Positions 19,875 through 27,500 of a DNA stretch of 64,000 bases are shown here, piece by piece. Below the pieces are notes generated by a model that worked only from the letters and a program-made list of their open reading frames with translations, searched no databases and had not been told where the DNA came from. Source of the stretch: Bdellovibrionota bacterium. Lineage in GTDB: Bacteria; Bdellovibrionota_C; UBA2361; JBGSMV01. The DNA is taken from the NCBI GenBank assembly GCA_044356455.1, contig JBIKWF010000001.1:64001-128000 (forward strand), in the 5' to 3' direction. Position 1 is the stretch's first letter, and every line of letters starts with the position of its first letter. The position numbers were made by a program, and so were the translations under genes.

Positions 19875-20660
19875 ATGTCTTCCGAGGTTGAAATATTCTC
19901 TTGGGTGAACTTCGGGCAGCATAAGGCCTTAGTCTTTCGGCCCTGGTGGGAGCAAGGCTTTTCGCATGGATTTCTTGGCGCGAGTTTGCGCTTTGACAGC
20001 GAGAGTATGCCGAGGGATGCACGCGAGATTTGCCGCGTCGTAGGCGCTGATTCGCTCTCGCTCGCTCATCAAGTGCACGGAACGGCCATCATAGAGGGGT
20101 CTGACTTGCCGGCTCCTGGCGCTTTGGATTGCCCTCAGAATCTTGGGGAAGGAGATGGTATTGTTTTCTTGAGGCCCAATGAGCCAAAGGCTTCTTTTCG
20201 GGTGTACGGAATTAGAACCGCCGATTGTCTTCCGCTCATTATGAAATCAGGCTGCTACTTTGCACTTGTGCATGCAGGGTGGCGAGGGCTGAGCGCAGGC
20301 ATAGTCCAGGGAGCGTTAAATAGGCTTGGGGCCCTCTCGGGCGTGACGACGGGCATAGAGGTCGTGATAGGTCCTGCCGCGAGTGGTGCTCGTTACGAGG
20401 TGGGGAGCGAGGTGCTTTCGGCCTTCGAAGGGGCAGTCTCGCGCCCCGTGGGAGAAGGGAAATTTCTGCTTGATCTTGCGGCTACGTGCCGGCGGTATGC
20501 TGAGAGCCTTGGGGCCAAGGTCGCGTCCTGCGAACAATGCACCATTTCCAATACCTTCTGGCATTCCTATCGTCGTGATGGCGCTCTTGCGGGTCGGAAT
20601 TTAACCTTTGTCTCAACCTCACAAGCCAAGGAACCTCTGAAATACTTCCATTCTCAATAA
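19875..20660 (+). CDS. pgeF: PgeF/YfiH-family (laccase-like) protein
   Basis: HQVHG, RTADCLP, VHAGWRG, IGPA..YEVG, SYRRDG..GRN; follows rluD as usual. The last ~10 codons lie in a MITE-like element. Confidence 0.9.
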   Translation: MSSEVEIFSWVNFGQHKALVFRPWWEQGFSHGFLGASLRFDSESMPRDAREICRVVGADSLSLAHQVHGTAIIEGSDLPAPGALDCPQNLGEGDGIVFLRPNEPKASFRVYGIRTADCLPLIMKSGCYFALVHAGWRGLSAGIVQGALNRLGALSGVTTGIEVVIGPAASGARYEVGSEVLSAFEGAVSRPVGEGKFLLDLAATCRRYAESLGAKVASCEQCTISNTFWHSYRRDGALAGRNLTFVSTSQAKEPLKYFHSQ

Positions 20661-20749
20661 ATCTCTGTGTATCTCTGTGTCCTCTGTGGTGAAATTTTCA
20701 CGAAAAAATTCAACACAGAGGTACACAGAGGAGAGTCTTCGGAGGTTCC
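20630..20749. mobile_element. Second copy of the IS5-like-ended MITE with 9-nt-periodic palindrome
   Basis: GGAACCTCTGAAATAC ... GTCTTCGGAGGTTCC ends, flanked by CAA on both sides. Core CCTCTGTGGTGAAATTTTCAYGAARAAATTCAMCACAGAGG is shared with 5444-5573. Confidence 0.65.
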
Positions 20750-20857
20750 CAAGTTAGCGAGCCGAACGTCCATTCTGTGGAAAACTCCTGCGAAAAATCT
20801 TTATCGAAGCAATACAAGGCTTCTGCGTTACTTCGGGTGAGAAAGTTCAGAATTTAG

Positions 20858-20887
20858 TGGACAATTTATTTCACCAATCTATATCTT
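20858..20887 (+). promoter_or_regulatory. Possible sigma70 promoter for the DUF465 gene
   Basis: TGGACA-N18-TATCTT in AT-rich DNA; weak match. Confidence 0.3.
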
Positions 20888-20973
20888 GAATAAAGGCACT
20901 CTAGCCTGCGTCAATTGCGAGTTCGTTTAGCTCTTTACTAACTAGGAGATACTAAGTGGGGGAGAGAAACTGA

Positions 20974-21210
20974 ATGGAGAGCAAAGATCGTCAACGAATT
21001 CTAGGTGCGCTTCATACCAATTCCCAATTGAAGCGCCTTTACCGAGAGCATGAAAATCTGGAGCTCGCCTTGGAGCGTTATTCGCGGCGAGGTTTTCTCA
21101 CGGACGAGGAGCAGGCGGAAGAAGCCCGCCTTAAGAGATTAAAACTGAAAGGAGTCGACCGCATGATGGCGCTCCTTTCAGAAGGTGCGGTGGCTGCAGA
21201 AGCGCATTAA
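20974..21210 (+). CDS. Small DUF465/YdcH-like coiled-coil protein
   Basis: LKRLYREHENLE...LTDEEQAEEARLKRLKLKGVD pattern; RBS-like GGGGAG upstream. Confidence 0.75.
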   Translation: MESKDRQRILGALHTNSQLKRLYREHENLELALERYSRRGFLTDEEQAEEARLKRLKLKGVDRMMALLSEGAVAAEAH

Positions 21211-21249
21211 TGGTTTTTTTATTTGCGCGTAGCCTTATATCGACTGTCA

Positions 21250-21414
21250 GGTCTTTCCTGGCAGCACCTCACGAACAGATCACTCTGGGTGGGGCCAGCA
21301 TGGGATCGCTAGGTATCGTCCTAGGTTTCCTTGGGGACCCTCTAGGTGAATAAACTGAGCCGGTCGGCTCGTAGGCAAAAGAGAAAGCCACCCTTCGGGG
21401 TGGCTTTCGTTTTT
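21250..21414 (+). ncRNA. Candidate structured small RNA (unassigned)
   Basis: No credible ORF; several hairpins (CTGG-N6-CCAG, CTAGG-N6-CCTAG, GAGCC-N4-GGCTC); ends in a strong intrinsic terminator. Confidence 0.3.
21383..21414 (+). terminator. Rho-independent terminator
   Basis: GAAAGCCACCC-TTCG-GGGTGGCTTTC followed by GTTTTT. Confidence 0.85.
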
Positions 21415-21426
21415 ATGCGCTCGGCG

Positions 21427-21580
21427 CTCCGGCCCAGGGTGCGCTGCCCCCTCTCGCCCTGGCCGGGCGTTCACCCCCAAGAGTATGCGCTCGGCAGTTC
21501 ATCGCGGCGCAGCGTTAGCGGAGCCGGACTCCGGCCCAGGAGGCTCTGCCCCCTCCCGCCCTAATCGGGCGTTCACCCCC
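21427..21580. repeat. Two direct copies of a 52-bp GC-rich element (21427-21478, 21529-21580)
   Basis: CTCCGGCCCAGG..CTGCCCCCTCYCGCCCT..CGGGCGTTCACCCCC, offset 102 bp. Confidence 0.8.
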
Positions 21581-21629
21581 GAAGTTATTTTTGCAATCGG
21601 CAGTTTAGCCCAGGGGGCGCTGTCCACTT

Positions 21630-22318
21630 TTTCGCAATTCGGTCGGAAAAAATGCATGCCACGTGCCAGGGCGAGAGATCTTGCGGCACCGCGGGGACGC
21701 GGCGCCCTACCAAGATGCCGCACCCCAGGTAGGGCGCGCCGTTCCGCCTCTGCCAGTAGGCGACGGCGCGACGCGCGCCCCAGGGTGCCGCAACAAATGC
21801 CACGGGGCATCCGCGGATGATAGCAATTTCGCAATTAGGTCGGTGGACAAATATATGCCAGGTGCCGGGACGTGAGATCGTGCGGCACCGCGGGGACGCG
21901 GCGCCCTACCAAGATGCTGCACGCTAGGTAGGGCGCGCCGTTCCGCCTCTGCCAGTAGGCGACGGCGCGACGCGCGCCCCGGCGTGCCGCAACAAATGCC
22001 ACGGGGCATCCGCGGATGATGGCAATTTCGCAATTAGGTCGGTGGACAAATACATGCCACGTGTCGGGACGTGAGATCATGCGGCACCGCGGGGACGCGG
22101 TGCCCTACCAAGATGCTGCACGCTAGGTAGGGCGCGCCGTTCCGCCTCTGCCAGTAGGCGACGGCGCGACGCGCGCCCCGGCGTGCCGCAACAAATGCCA
22201 CGGGGCATCCGCGGATGATGGCAATTTCGCAATTAGGTCGGTGGACAAATATATGCCACGTGCCGGGACGTGAGATCATGCGGCACCGCGGGGACGCGGC
22301 GCCCTACCCAGATGCCGC
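21630..22318. repeat. Tandem array of ~3.5 x 199-bp structured units (BIME/REP-like)
   Basis: GCGGCACCGCGGGGACGCGGYGCCCTACC starts at 21683, 21882, 22081, 22280. Each full unit contains the inverted pair CGCCCTACC/GGTAGGGCG. Confidence 0.95.
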
Positions 22319-22337
22319 GCCACTACCCCTTTGGGGC

Positions 22338-22370
22338 AAAAAAAAAGGACCGCACGAGGCGGTCCTTTTT
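22338..22370 (-). terminator. Intrinsic, probably bidirectional terminator
   Basis: A9-GGACCGC-ACGAG-GCGGTCC-T5, just downstream of the minus-strand ORF ending at 22390. Confidence 0.85.
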
Positions 22371-22389
22371 AGCTATGCGATGCGTTCAA

Positions 22390-22701
22390 TTACGCCGCTC
22401 TGCGGCGCGTCGAAATTCGATGCGTTGCATTCATAATGGCATAGCGCGTTTTTTCAGGATCGAAACCCAGGTGCCGACAAATCGCGCGGAAGGAGAAGAC
22501 ATACTCCTCTTCTTCGTCATGCATGTATTCAATCGCTTCTTGGAGAAATTCTCCGCCCGAGTGAAAATCTTCTACGGTGCGAAGGATGATCGCACGCATA
22601 AGCTCGTTGATAGGATTGTAGCCATTGCCGCCGTGGAAGGCCATGTCCATGGTAGGAAGAGAATCACTTCTGCTCACAGGGGACCCCGCTGACTCGTTCA
22701 T
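22390..22701 (-). CDS. Small hypothetical helical protein (..LMRAIILRTVEDF..FSFRAICRHLGFDP..)
   Basis: Protein-like composition, own terminator, AAGG upstream of ATG 22701; alternative starts at 22650 or 22755. Confidence 0.7.
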   Translation of the reverse strand: MNESAGSPVSRSDSLPTMDMAFHGGNGYNPINELMRAIILRTVEDFHSGGEFLQEAIEYMHDEEEEYVFSFRAICRHLGFDPEKTRYAIMNATHRISTRRRAA

Positions 22702-23131
22702 CGCGTGAAACCTTTTTGAAAACCCGTGAGCCCTCTCAACATTCGCTGACCACATGGCCAGAGGACGAGAGGTGATTGCGCACCAAAAAAAACAAGCGCT
22801 AAAAGGATAAAATAGGACACCTCTAGCGCGGCTCGTGTAAGAAGCCTCTCATTGCCGGTCACAACCGCCCCAGCAATCAGAACTCACTGAGCGTTATGTC
22901 AGGACCTGTGCGGGGTGTTGCATATTCGTAGGTAGGCTAGTCAACTTTCTTAGATTGCTAATTCTTGAGTGGTGTTAGGTGCTTAGGTGTGACTTGCCGA
23001 TTTTTTGTGAAAGTTTATTTGAATTTAGGGCAACTATTTGAGGGCGCCTAGGCGCAAACTGGGCGAAATCCAGTACTTTTCTTGAGAACGCCGAAATCCC
23101 AGTGCCGAATTTTCTAGGCAGCTCGTGAGGC

Positions 23132-24166
23132 CTACTTTACGCGCTCAAGGACATACTCCATCAGGGCATGCAGGACTTTTTGGGGGCCTTTTTCAAAAGG
23201 CTTCGTGCAGGCTGCTTCTGCAGAGTTCAGGGCTTCGTCTGCTCCGGCAACAAACCTTTGGGCAAGTTCCCGAGCTTCCCGAATCACGGATCCGCTTCTC
23301 AGTTCCTTAAGGCTGGCAGCTACCCACGCCTCCTCCTGCTCAAGCTCCACTGCCGTAGCGGTTTCAGTCTGAAGGGCGGGCGTGCGGAGCCGCGCGGCTC
23401 CTGGGGATCCTGACGCGAGCCACAAGACATTTACAATCGAGGGCTTTCGCTCGCGGAGGTCCTGGCCATTCTTCTTGCCAAGGACTTCTTCGTTTGAAGT
23501 TACGTCAAGTACATCGTCGAGAATTTGAAAGGCGATGCCAAGTTTTTCACCGAAGTCACCAAGATGGCGAGTAGCCAAATCTCCCGCGGCGGCGATATGA
23601 GAGGCGGTTTCGCCCGCAAGCCGAAAGAGCGCGGCGGTCTTTTTCTTAGCAATGGTGAGGCTTGTTTCGAGTGTATGAGCTTGCTTGGCCAAGCTTACCT
23701 CGAGAATTTCCCCCTCGGTAAGTGCGACGCAGGCTTCTTCGGTGCGTTCAATTACGTACCTGTCGAGCCTGGCACACAAGCCAAACGCGCGAGTAAGCAG
23801 GAAATCACCTGCCAGTAAGGTATTTTCAGAGCCAAATGCAACGAGAGGAGAAGCCTTGTGCCTTCTTAAGGGGGATTTATCTATGATGTCATCATGGAGA
23901 AGAGTCGCCATGTGAATGAGTTCTATTCCTGCAGCAATATCGATAAGCTGACGTCCTTCTTTCGTCTCTTCAAACGGGGCGTTTAGGCCGCAAAGCTGTC
24001 CGCACAAAATAGCGAGCATGGGGCGAATGCGTTTTCCGCCCAGGGATAGTAGGTAGGTGCTAATCTCTTTAAGCAGGGGAGCGTCTGAAGCAAACCGCGA
24101 CTCGATAAGAGCCTCTATGCTTGAGAGTCCGGGGAGTTTTCCAAGTAGACTAAGTGCCGCGCTCAT
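23132..24166 (-). CDS. Polyprenyl diphosphate synthase (IspB-like)
   Basis: GGKRIRP, ELIHMATLLHDDIID (FARM), KTAALF, AFQILDDVLD (SARM). Confidence 0.93.
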   Translation of the reverse strand: MSAALSLLGKLPGLSSIEALIESRFASDAPLLKEISTYLLSLGGKRIRPMLAILCGQLCGLNAPFEETKEGRQLIDIAAGIELIHMATLLHDDIIDKSPLRRHKASPLVAFGSENTLLAGDFLLTRAFGLCARLDRYVIERTEEACVALTEGEILEVSLAKQAHTLETSLTIAKKKTAALFRLAGETASHIAAAGDLATRHLGDFGEKLGIAFQILDDVLDVTSNEEVLGKKNGQDLRERKPSIVNVLWLASGSPGAARLRTPALQTETATAVELEQEEAWVAASLKELRSGSVIREARELAQRFVAGADEALNSAEAACTKPFEKGPQKVLHALMEYVLERVK

Positions 24167-24184
24167 AGCAAAAAAACTCGCCTA

Positions 24185-24373
24185 GGAGTGTGTCCCGTAA
24201 AAACTCGAATCTGCATTTTGGACACAAGCCGCAAGTAGGTTGTCGCGCAAGCACCGCCACATGTTGTGGCCTGAGTGAGTTAGACCCACACAGTGAATTA
24301 GGACCACCAGATAGCTGGATACCTAACTAGGTAATTGTGCCTAAAATGAACATTACCTTTACGGGATACCTCC
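24185..24373. mobile_element. Candidate MITE (189 bp) just downstream of tRNA-Glu
   Basis: Ends GGAGTGTGTCCCGTAAA and TTTACGGGATACCTCC are inverted repeats with 1 indel and 1 mismatch; no coding capacity. Confidence 0.45.
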
Positions 24374-24394
24374 AGAGTGGCAACACAGTTACAA

Positions 24395-24472
24395 TGGCGT
24401 CCCCAAGGGGATTCGAACCCCTGTTACCTCCGTGAAAGGGAGGTGTCCTAGACCGGGCTAGACGATGGGGAC
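24395..24472 (-). tRNA. tRNA-Glu(TTC)
   Basis: GTCCCCATCGTCTAGCCCGGTCTAGGACACCTCCCTTTCACGGAGGTAACAGGGGTTCGAATCCCCTTGGGGACGCCA: acceptor stem, anticodon loop CT-TTC-AC, GTTCGAA T-loop, encoded CCA. Confidence 0.97.
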
Positions 24473-24551
24473 GCACGCTATAACTAGTAACCCCCTTAAA
24501 GAACACGAGCGTCTTTACTCAGACAACGGGCCCCCAGAGGTTGAGGGCAGG

Positions 24552-24580
24552 AGCATATGCGATAGGTTCGCCCGAGGCAA
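24552..24580 (-). promoter_or_regulatory. Sigma70 promoter of tRNA-Glu
   Basis: Minus strand TTGCCT-N17-TATGCT followed by GC-rich discriminator CCTGCCC. Confidence 0.65.
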
Positions 24581-24617
24581 CGGATGGGAGAGGAAAATTA
24601 ACATCAAATGCGGGGCT

Positions 24618-24667
24618 TTAGCCTGGTTTGCTCACGGCCCTTCCGGGCCGAGAGCAAACCAGGCTAA
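24618..24667. repeat. Near-perfect 50-nt REP-like hairpin
   Basis: TTAGCCTGGTTTGCTC-A-CGGCCC-TTCC-GGGCCG-A-GAGCAAACCAGGCTAA; related to 10760-10806. Confidence 0.75.
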
Positions 24668-24738
24668 CTAACGCCCGGAAGGCGTTAGCAAATTTTGACC
24701 ATCGGGAGCATCGCGCTATTGGCGCGTAGAGACGCGAC

Positions 24739-24857
24739 GGAGCGCATCGGAGGGCGACGCCGTGCTCGCGGCGCTCGCAGGTGCGCGATGTTGGAAATCG
24801 GCCCGGATGGCCGATTTCCAACAGTAATCTCACGGACCCGAAGGGATCCCGTGAGAT
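24739..24857. repeat. ~120-bp three-hairpin dispersed repeat, copy 1
   Basis: Highly similar to 45228-45346. Confidence 0.85.
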
Positions 24858-24934
24858 ATAACGGTTAGAGGGTTATAAGTAGTAATCTGACCGCCCCGAC
24901 TCACTAAACGGGGGGGGGCTTTTGAAATCTTGGC

Positions 24935-26122
24935 ATGAGTTTTAAGCACGTACCATTTTCGGCATTAGAGCGCTGGTCGGCCCTGGCAGGACTTGACCTT
25001 TGTGCAGTTCAGAGCCCGGTCGTTACCCTAAGCGAGGATATCGCTAGGCTGACGTCTTGGCAGGCGGCCGGGCGGGCGGGTGAGCTTTCATATATGTTGC
25101 GCGATGGGGACCTTCTTGGCGTGCCTCTTAAGCTTCTCCCGAGTGCGCGTAGCCTTGTGTCCTTCGCGGTCTTCTATGATCGAGGGCCAGGAGCCTCCGG
25201 GCCACTTCCGAAGGGCTTTGGTAGGGTGGCTCGCTATGCCTGGGGGCGGGACTACCATAAGGTCCTTAAAAAAGCGCTCAGGCGGTTTGTAGAAGCTGCG
25301 GAGAGGGAACTTGGCCGGACGATTGAGGCGCGAGTTTTCTCGGACGCAGTGCCACTTTTAGAGCGTGCCGCAGCGAGAGCCTCTGGCCTCGGTTTCGTGG
25401 GGAAAAATACCATGCTGATTCGCTCTGGGGGGCTTGGTTCCTTTTTCTTTATTGCAGAAGTTCTTTGGGATCTTGCAGTAGAGCCAATGCCCGAGGGCCA
25501 GCGCAGCGAGGGCGGTTGCGGGGCGTGTTCGCGTTGCTTGACTTCCTGCCCCACGGGGGCCTTTGTAGAGCCTTACGTGCTCGACGCTCGGCGTTGTTTA
25601 TCATACCTGACGATAGAAAAGCGTTCTTCCCTTTCCCTAGGTGAGCGCAAGGCACTTGGGGAATGGTTGTTTGGCTGTGATATCTGTCAGGACGTGTGCC
25701 CCTTTAATGCCCATGCCTTAAAACAAGAGGCCGCGCCAAGTATTCCTGAACTGTGTCAGGAAGAGGGAGTGGGGCCGGTGATAAATCTCGCGCAGGTCTT
25801 AAAATTGAGAACAGATGCGCAGTTCCGCTCACGCTTTGAAGGGACTGCGCTTATGCGTGCGACGCGCCCCGGACTTCTTAGGAACGCCGCAGTCGTAAGC
25901 GCGAATACGCAGTCCGAATCGACGAGTGAGGCTCTTCGTGAGGCCCTGTCTGATTCTTCTGATTTGGTGAGGAGTCACGCCCTCTGGGCAATTCTCACCC
26001 TTGGAGAGAATTGTAATGCTTTGCCCAAATCTGTAATGCGAGAAATACTAAGCCATGCGGAGCGAGACCCCTCGGAAATAGTGAGGGAGGAGGCGCGCCT
26101 TTGGAGTCAGGTGCACGAATGA
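24935..26122 (+). CDS. queG: Epoxyqueuosine reductase
   Basis: VARYAWGRDYHKVL, DAVPLLER..A..SGLGFVGKN, CGACSRCLTSCPT, DARRCLSYLTIE, GCDICQDVCP, C-terminal HEAT-like repeats. Confidence 0.96.
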   Translation: MSFKHVPFSALERWSALAGLDLCAVQSPVVTLSEDIARLTSWQAAGRAGELSYMLRDGDLLGVPLKLLPSARSLVSFAVFYDRGPGASGPLPKGFGRVARYAWGRDYHKVLKKALRRFVEAAERELGRTIEARVFSDAVPLLERAAARASGLGFVGKNTMLIRSGGLGSFFFIAEVLWDLAVEPMPEGQRSEGGCGACSRCLTSCPTGAFVEPYVLDARRCLSYLTIEKRSSLSLGERKALGEWLFGCDICQDVCPFNAHALKQEAAPSIPELCQEEGVGPVINLAQVLKLRTDAQFRSRFEGTALMRATRPGLLRNAAVVSANTQSESTSEALREALSDSSDLVRSHALWAILTLGENCNALPKSVMREILSHAERDPSEIVREEARLWSQVHE

Positions 26123-26757
26123 AAATGAAGAAGATGGTAGCTCAGGCTACGTTAAAGAGCCTTAGGGTAGGGCGTTGTGCGGCAAGTATCATGCTGCTCG
26201 GTTTTCTCGTGAGCTGCGCACCAGGACTTGGGACATCGTTCAATGTTTCCAGCGTTGAGACGGTCCCGGTGGAGTCGCGAAAACTTCTTACCGGGCTACG
26301 TGTAAGATTTGCTCCCTTCGTCGACGAGCGCCGCGAGAAAGAGGTTGCCGAGATTGATGGACGAGGTCTTGAGCCAGAGCGCGATCCGGCCGCAGCGGCT
26401 CAAAGAATTGTGGAAGCACAGTTTAGGGAAGCTGGAGTGAGGAGGGGGCTTTTTGAGGGCGCGACCATTCGCGGCACATTGCTTGAGTGGCATATTCGCA
26501 TTACCCCGGGGTTCCCAAGTACTAAAATGCATGCCTCGGCTAAGATTCGTTTAGAGGTGCTTGCGGTGGGGGAGGATCCTGCGCAGGCAAAGCCGCTCTA
26601 CAGCGCAAGATATTCAGGGATAATCGACGAAGAGCATCCTATTGGTTCTACTGAGCGTATAGAGCGCGCCTTTGCTCGGGCAATGGCTGAGGCAGCTTCG
26701 GAAGCATTGCAAGATTCACGCTTTGTGGCAGAACTACAGGGGCGTAGCCCGCAATGA
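26119..26757 (+). CDS. Putative lipoprotein (YajG-like)
   Basis: Lipobox LVSC, F-x-D-x-R motif; ATGA overlap with queG. Confidence 0.6.
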   Translation: MKMKKMVAQATLKSLRVGRCAASIMLLGFLVSCAPGLGTSFNVSSVETVPVESRKLLTGLRVRFAPFVDERREKEVAEIDGRGLEPERDPAAAAQRIVEAQFREAGVRRGLFEGATIRGTLLEWHIRITPGFPSTKMHASAKIRLEVLAVGEDPAQAKPLYSARYSGIIDEEHPIGSTERIERAFARAMAEAASEALQDSRFVAELQGRSPQ

Positions 26758-26768
26758 TTGTCTGAAAT

Positions 26769-27500
26769 ATGTCCCTCTCCGTTTTTCAAAAGTTCTTATC
26801 GAGAGTCCGAAAGCCGCGCGTGTGCGTGTATACCGCGCTCATGCAAGAGTATGACCGTTTGCACTTTCAGAAATTTCTCGGCGAAGTCCCGCTGCTGTGT
26901 TTTACGGACTCTGAAACTTTGCACTCTTCTCAATTCCAAGTGCAGAAAGTTTCTCGAACGCTCAGCGATTCAGTGAGAGAGGCGCGCCTTTATAAAGTCC
27001 TTGCGCATCAGGTGCTTCCTCCCTGCGACATTAGTATTTGGATGGATGCAAGCTTTGAGTTCCAATTGGAAAGAGACATTGCTACGTGGGCTGTGGAGTC
27101 ACTCCAGGGCCGAGCAATTGCAGTGCTTGAGCACCCGACCAATGATGATGTGTACTGCGAAGCCGAGCGCTGTCTCCAGACGAAGCGGGATCTTCCCGAG
27201 GTCTTAATTGACCAGGTAGCGCGCTATCGCAGCGAAGGGTTTCCTCCTGGCTCTGGGATGGTGGCAACAGGCATTATCGTTCGCGACCACCGCAAGCCTG
27301 GGAGTCTGCAATTCTGTGAGGCCTGGTGGAAGGAGATTCTCCAAGGAAGCCGGAGAGATCAGGTAAGTTTTAATTACGTAGCCTGGAAAACGGGAATCCC
27401 TTTCGCGCATATTGAAAAATTACAGGCCATAGATTGTTTTCGAACTTCATTTGGACAATTTCACGACCACCTTACTCAAGAGCCTCAATCGCGCCAATAG
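26769..27500 (+). CDS. DUF616 (TOD1/MUCI70-type) glycosyltransferase-like protein
   Basis: VYTAL..YD, CFTD, R.YKVLAH, SIWMDAS, HP....Y.EA, WW.EI..GSRRDQVSFNYV.W. Confidence 0.8.
   Translation: MSLSVFQKFLSRVRKPRVCVYTALMQEYDRLHFQKFLGEVPLLCFTDSETLHSSQFQVQKVSRTLSDSVREARLYKVLAHQVLPPCDISIWMDASFEFQLERDIATWAVESLQGRAIAVLEHPTNDDVYCEAERCLQTKRDLPEVLIDQVARYRSEGFPPGSGMVATGIIVRDHRKPGSLQFCEAWWKEILQGSRRDQVSFNYVAWKTGIPFAHIEKLQAIDCFRTSFGQFHDHLTQEPQSRQ

Noticed and set aside
21246..21266. SRP RNA (GTCAGGTC...GCAGC resemblance)
   Set aside because: Lacks the GGAA tetraloop and the GGAAGCAGC helix-8 pairing.
21630..22318. CRISPR or guide-RNA array
   Set aside because: Units are near-identical along the full 199 bp with no unique spacers; no cas genes in the window.
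21280..22436. Many Arg/Ala/Pro-rich ORFs in the ORF track
   Set aside because: They are translations of the GC-rich repeats; the 199-bp period shifts frame in each unit.
24167..24395. Prophage or genomic island integrated at tRNA-Glu
   Set aside because: No integrase; no duplicated tRNA 3' end noticed; flanking genes are housekeeping.
24662..24689. Integron attC site (GCTAAC...GTTAGC)
   Set aside because: Far shorter than an attC; no cassette array or integrase nearby.
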